Of a stretch of 64,000 nucleotides of DNA, positions 62,112-64,000 are shown piece by piece; the stretch's first letter is position 1; every line of letters starts with the position of its first letter. A program made the translations under genes and the position numbers. Location of the stretch: the NCBI GenBank assembly GCA_013115125.1, contig JABANN010000019.1, positions 62,001 to 126,000 on the forward strand, in the 5' to 3' direction. The notes beneath the pieces were generated by a model, which made no database searches, was not told the DNA's origin, and saw nothing but the letters and a program-made list of their open reading frames with translations. The DNA is from Perkinsus olseni. Its lineage: Eukaryota.

Positions 62112-63065
62112 ATGTCCAACGATTATAATAAGATACTCCGCAACGGTGCTCCTTTCATCAGAACAGCGATGTCCCACAAGTACACTATGAGGTCGATCAT
62201 TCTCGGCGTAGTTCTTGTCCCGGTACGGATGGTACTACTCTTGTCAAGCCTGGTCATCGCGTTCCCCATCTTCTGTTTGCTCTCTCATTTCGGTTTTGAT
62301 AAGGCCACTGAGCTCCTTGTGAGGACCTGGTGTCTTTATGCTCTCGTGGTGTGCTTTGGGATCGTCCCCAGAGTCGTTAATTTTGATTTAATGAAACACT
62401 ATAACAAGGAATCTTTCGTGATGGTGTCTAACCACATCAGTTGTATGGAAATACTAATTTTACTTTTCCTTTTTTATCCTACATTCGTCGGGAAGAAGTC
62501 CCTTGAAGATACCCCAGTGGTCGGTAGAGTTATGAAATCGATGCACTGTATTTTTGTTGATCGACTAGCGATCAAAGGTCATCAGCAATCGACTACGGAC
62601 ACTATCCACAAATACATCTCGGCCCCTGGGAAGGGAAGTCCCGTGCTCCTTTTCCCAGAAGGCACTACTACTAACGGGCTCGGCCTGATACCATTTCGCA
62701 GCGGAGCATTTTGCCAGAACGTTCCAGTCTTGCCAGTGGCGATAACGTATCCTATGTACCGCCCAGGGGTGACATTCGATCCCCATTGGACTGCCATCAA
62801 GGCTGTGCCCTATGCTGTTGGTCTCATGGCTCAGCCATACACCACTATGAGAATTCAAATACTACACCCGGAGAGTCGCCGCGAGGGAGAAAGTCCCAGA
62901 GGTTTCGCCGATCGAGTTCGTGAAATTATGGCCCAGTCCTTGCATGAGAGGCTCGTTGCGGGTACATTTCCCGACAAGGTGGCTATTGAAGGCGCTATCC
63001 GACGCGGCGATATCCCCATGAACGTCGTCAACGAGTTCGCCCTACGGCAGTGGAAGGAGATGTGA
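62112..63065 (+). CDS. Lysophospholipid acyltransferase (PlsC/LPCAT-like), single exon
   Basis: N-terminal TM segments, then VSNHISCME (motif I), CIFVDR, LLFPEGTTTNG..FRSGAF and PVLPVAI. The ORF is uninterrupted. Confidence 0.92.
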   Translation: MSNDYNKILRNGAPFIRTAMSHKYTMRSIILGVVLVPVRMVLLLSSLVIAFPIFCLLSHFGFDKATELLVRTWCLYALVVCFGIVPRVVNFDLMKHYNKESFVMVSNHISCMEILILLFLFYPTFVGKKSLEDTPVVGRVMKSMHCIFVDRLAIKGHQQSTTDTIHKYISAPGKGSPVLLFPEGTTTNGLGLIPFRSGAFCQNVPVLPVAITYPMYRPGVTFDPHWTAIKAVPYAVGLMAQPYTTMRIQILHPESRREGESPRGFADRVREIMAQSLHERLVAGTFPDKVAIEGAIRRGDIPMNVVNEFALRQWKEM

Positions 63066-63426
63066 TAGCAGTCTAGTGAATGATTTCGTGCATTCATCTG
63101 TTGTTGCGTTGAGTTTGTCTCATGAACAGTATGGGTATAGACCGTCGACGAACTTTGAACTCGACACGTAACATATTCATTCTGAGCCTGTACAACTTGA
63201 CTGCCGATATACCCTCACCCTCGAGGTGAGGGGCAGTCTGATAACTGTGCTCGATAATGTTACAGGGTTATTGTAAAATCGTAGGTAGACCGTAAAAGTA
63301 GGAATGCTATGCTTGGCAATGACGGTGACCCGTGCAATTTTCACGTTCAATGGACGCCAGCCGGAACTGGTCGGTCAAAATGACTCTTCGGAGACGACAG
63401 AAGACCTGGTGTGTGTCCTGCCTGAT

Positions 63427-64000
63427 TCAGGAGGCACCATTCAGGTTTGACACGATTGCTGCGAGCTGAGGCAACAAATCATCAAGAAGAAAATGGTCTT
63501 CATCGGGGACGTAAATACCTAATGACCAATGCGAAACACACAACACTCTGACAGCGCTACCATTGAGGATGTCCGCTATGTGATCTCTCATGAAAGTGCA
63601 GGGAGGAACAGTCGGGAAACAGCAGACGTCGGTATTAACCTCAGTCCATATGCCGCAACCACTATCATCAACTATGACCACCTGACGGCGAATGCCAGAT
63701 CGGATCATTCCCTCCCTATCAAGGCTCGATAGGTCGCTGAATTACCTTCTCGTATCCTGTGGGGAGCACTCCCGCAGATTTACTGGTACCAATGCCGAGC
63801 TCTTGGCTGCAGTATATTCGCCCATCGAACAAGCACCCATCCGGGTCCAATTTCCGTGCCACGAAATGCACATAATCCGGGCTGCTGAAGGCAGGCCAGC
63901 AGTCAGTATGATTTATCGTCTCGACACGAACGAGTGCAAATTGCACTGTGGAATCGCCCGCTCACCTCGCTGCGCTGAATATGGCCATGTCTGCTATCTC
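63427..64000 (-). CDS. FCP1/NIF-family HAD phosphatase, 3' part (gene enters from beyond the window end)
   Basis: DMAIFSAA|SPDYVHFVARKLDPDGCLFDGRIYCSQE and QVVIVDD resemble the NIF/FCP1 motifs (IFTA..Y..xx.LDP..F..RI; VVIIDD). The catalytic DxDxT would lie outside the window. Confidence 0.6.

Noticed and set aside
1-64000. tRNA, rRNA, CRISPR arrays or autonomous transposons
   Set aside because: No cloverleaf, rRNA motif, repeat-spacer array, or reverse transcriptase/transposase motif was recognised by eye.

Overview
This is a gene-dense eukaryotic nuclear window (~52% GC by eye). Genes are split by many short (~45-60 nt) GT-AG introns, so the ORF track shows only exon fragments. Gene style and content fit an alveolate protist, most likely Perkinsus-like (inference). 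Recognisable genes: ERD2/KDEL receptor, PP2C phosphatase, FAM135/DUF676 hydrolase, a Ser/Thr kinase, a GT8 glycosyltransferase, a La+RRM+DUF3223 protein with an inverted truncated paralog, a multi-pass membrane protein, two tandem glutamate 5-kinases, PMS2, ATP-dependent PEPCK, three tandem single-pass membrane proteins, a stand-alone SRP54/Ffh M-domain-like protein, a CBA1-like binding protein, an ALDH21-like dehydrogenase, an intronless lysophospholipid acyltransferase and a partial FCP1/NIF phosphatase. The most striking non-genic signal is a ~385-nt intergenic segment (10315-10699). It folds on the + strand into a closed multi-hairpin structure ending in a T4 run, and I cannot assign it to any known ncRNA family. 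The second is a conserved intron-read-through C-terminus of the La gene that the neighbouring paralog appears to have fixed. Gene models were spliced and RNA folds paired by eye, so boundaries of hypothetical genes are approximate.
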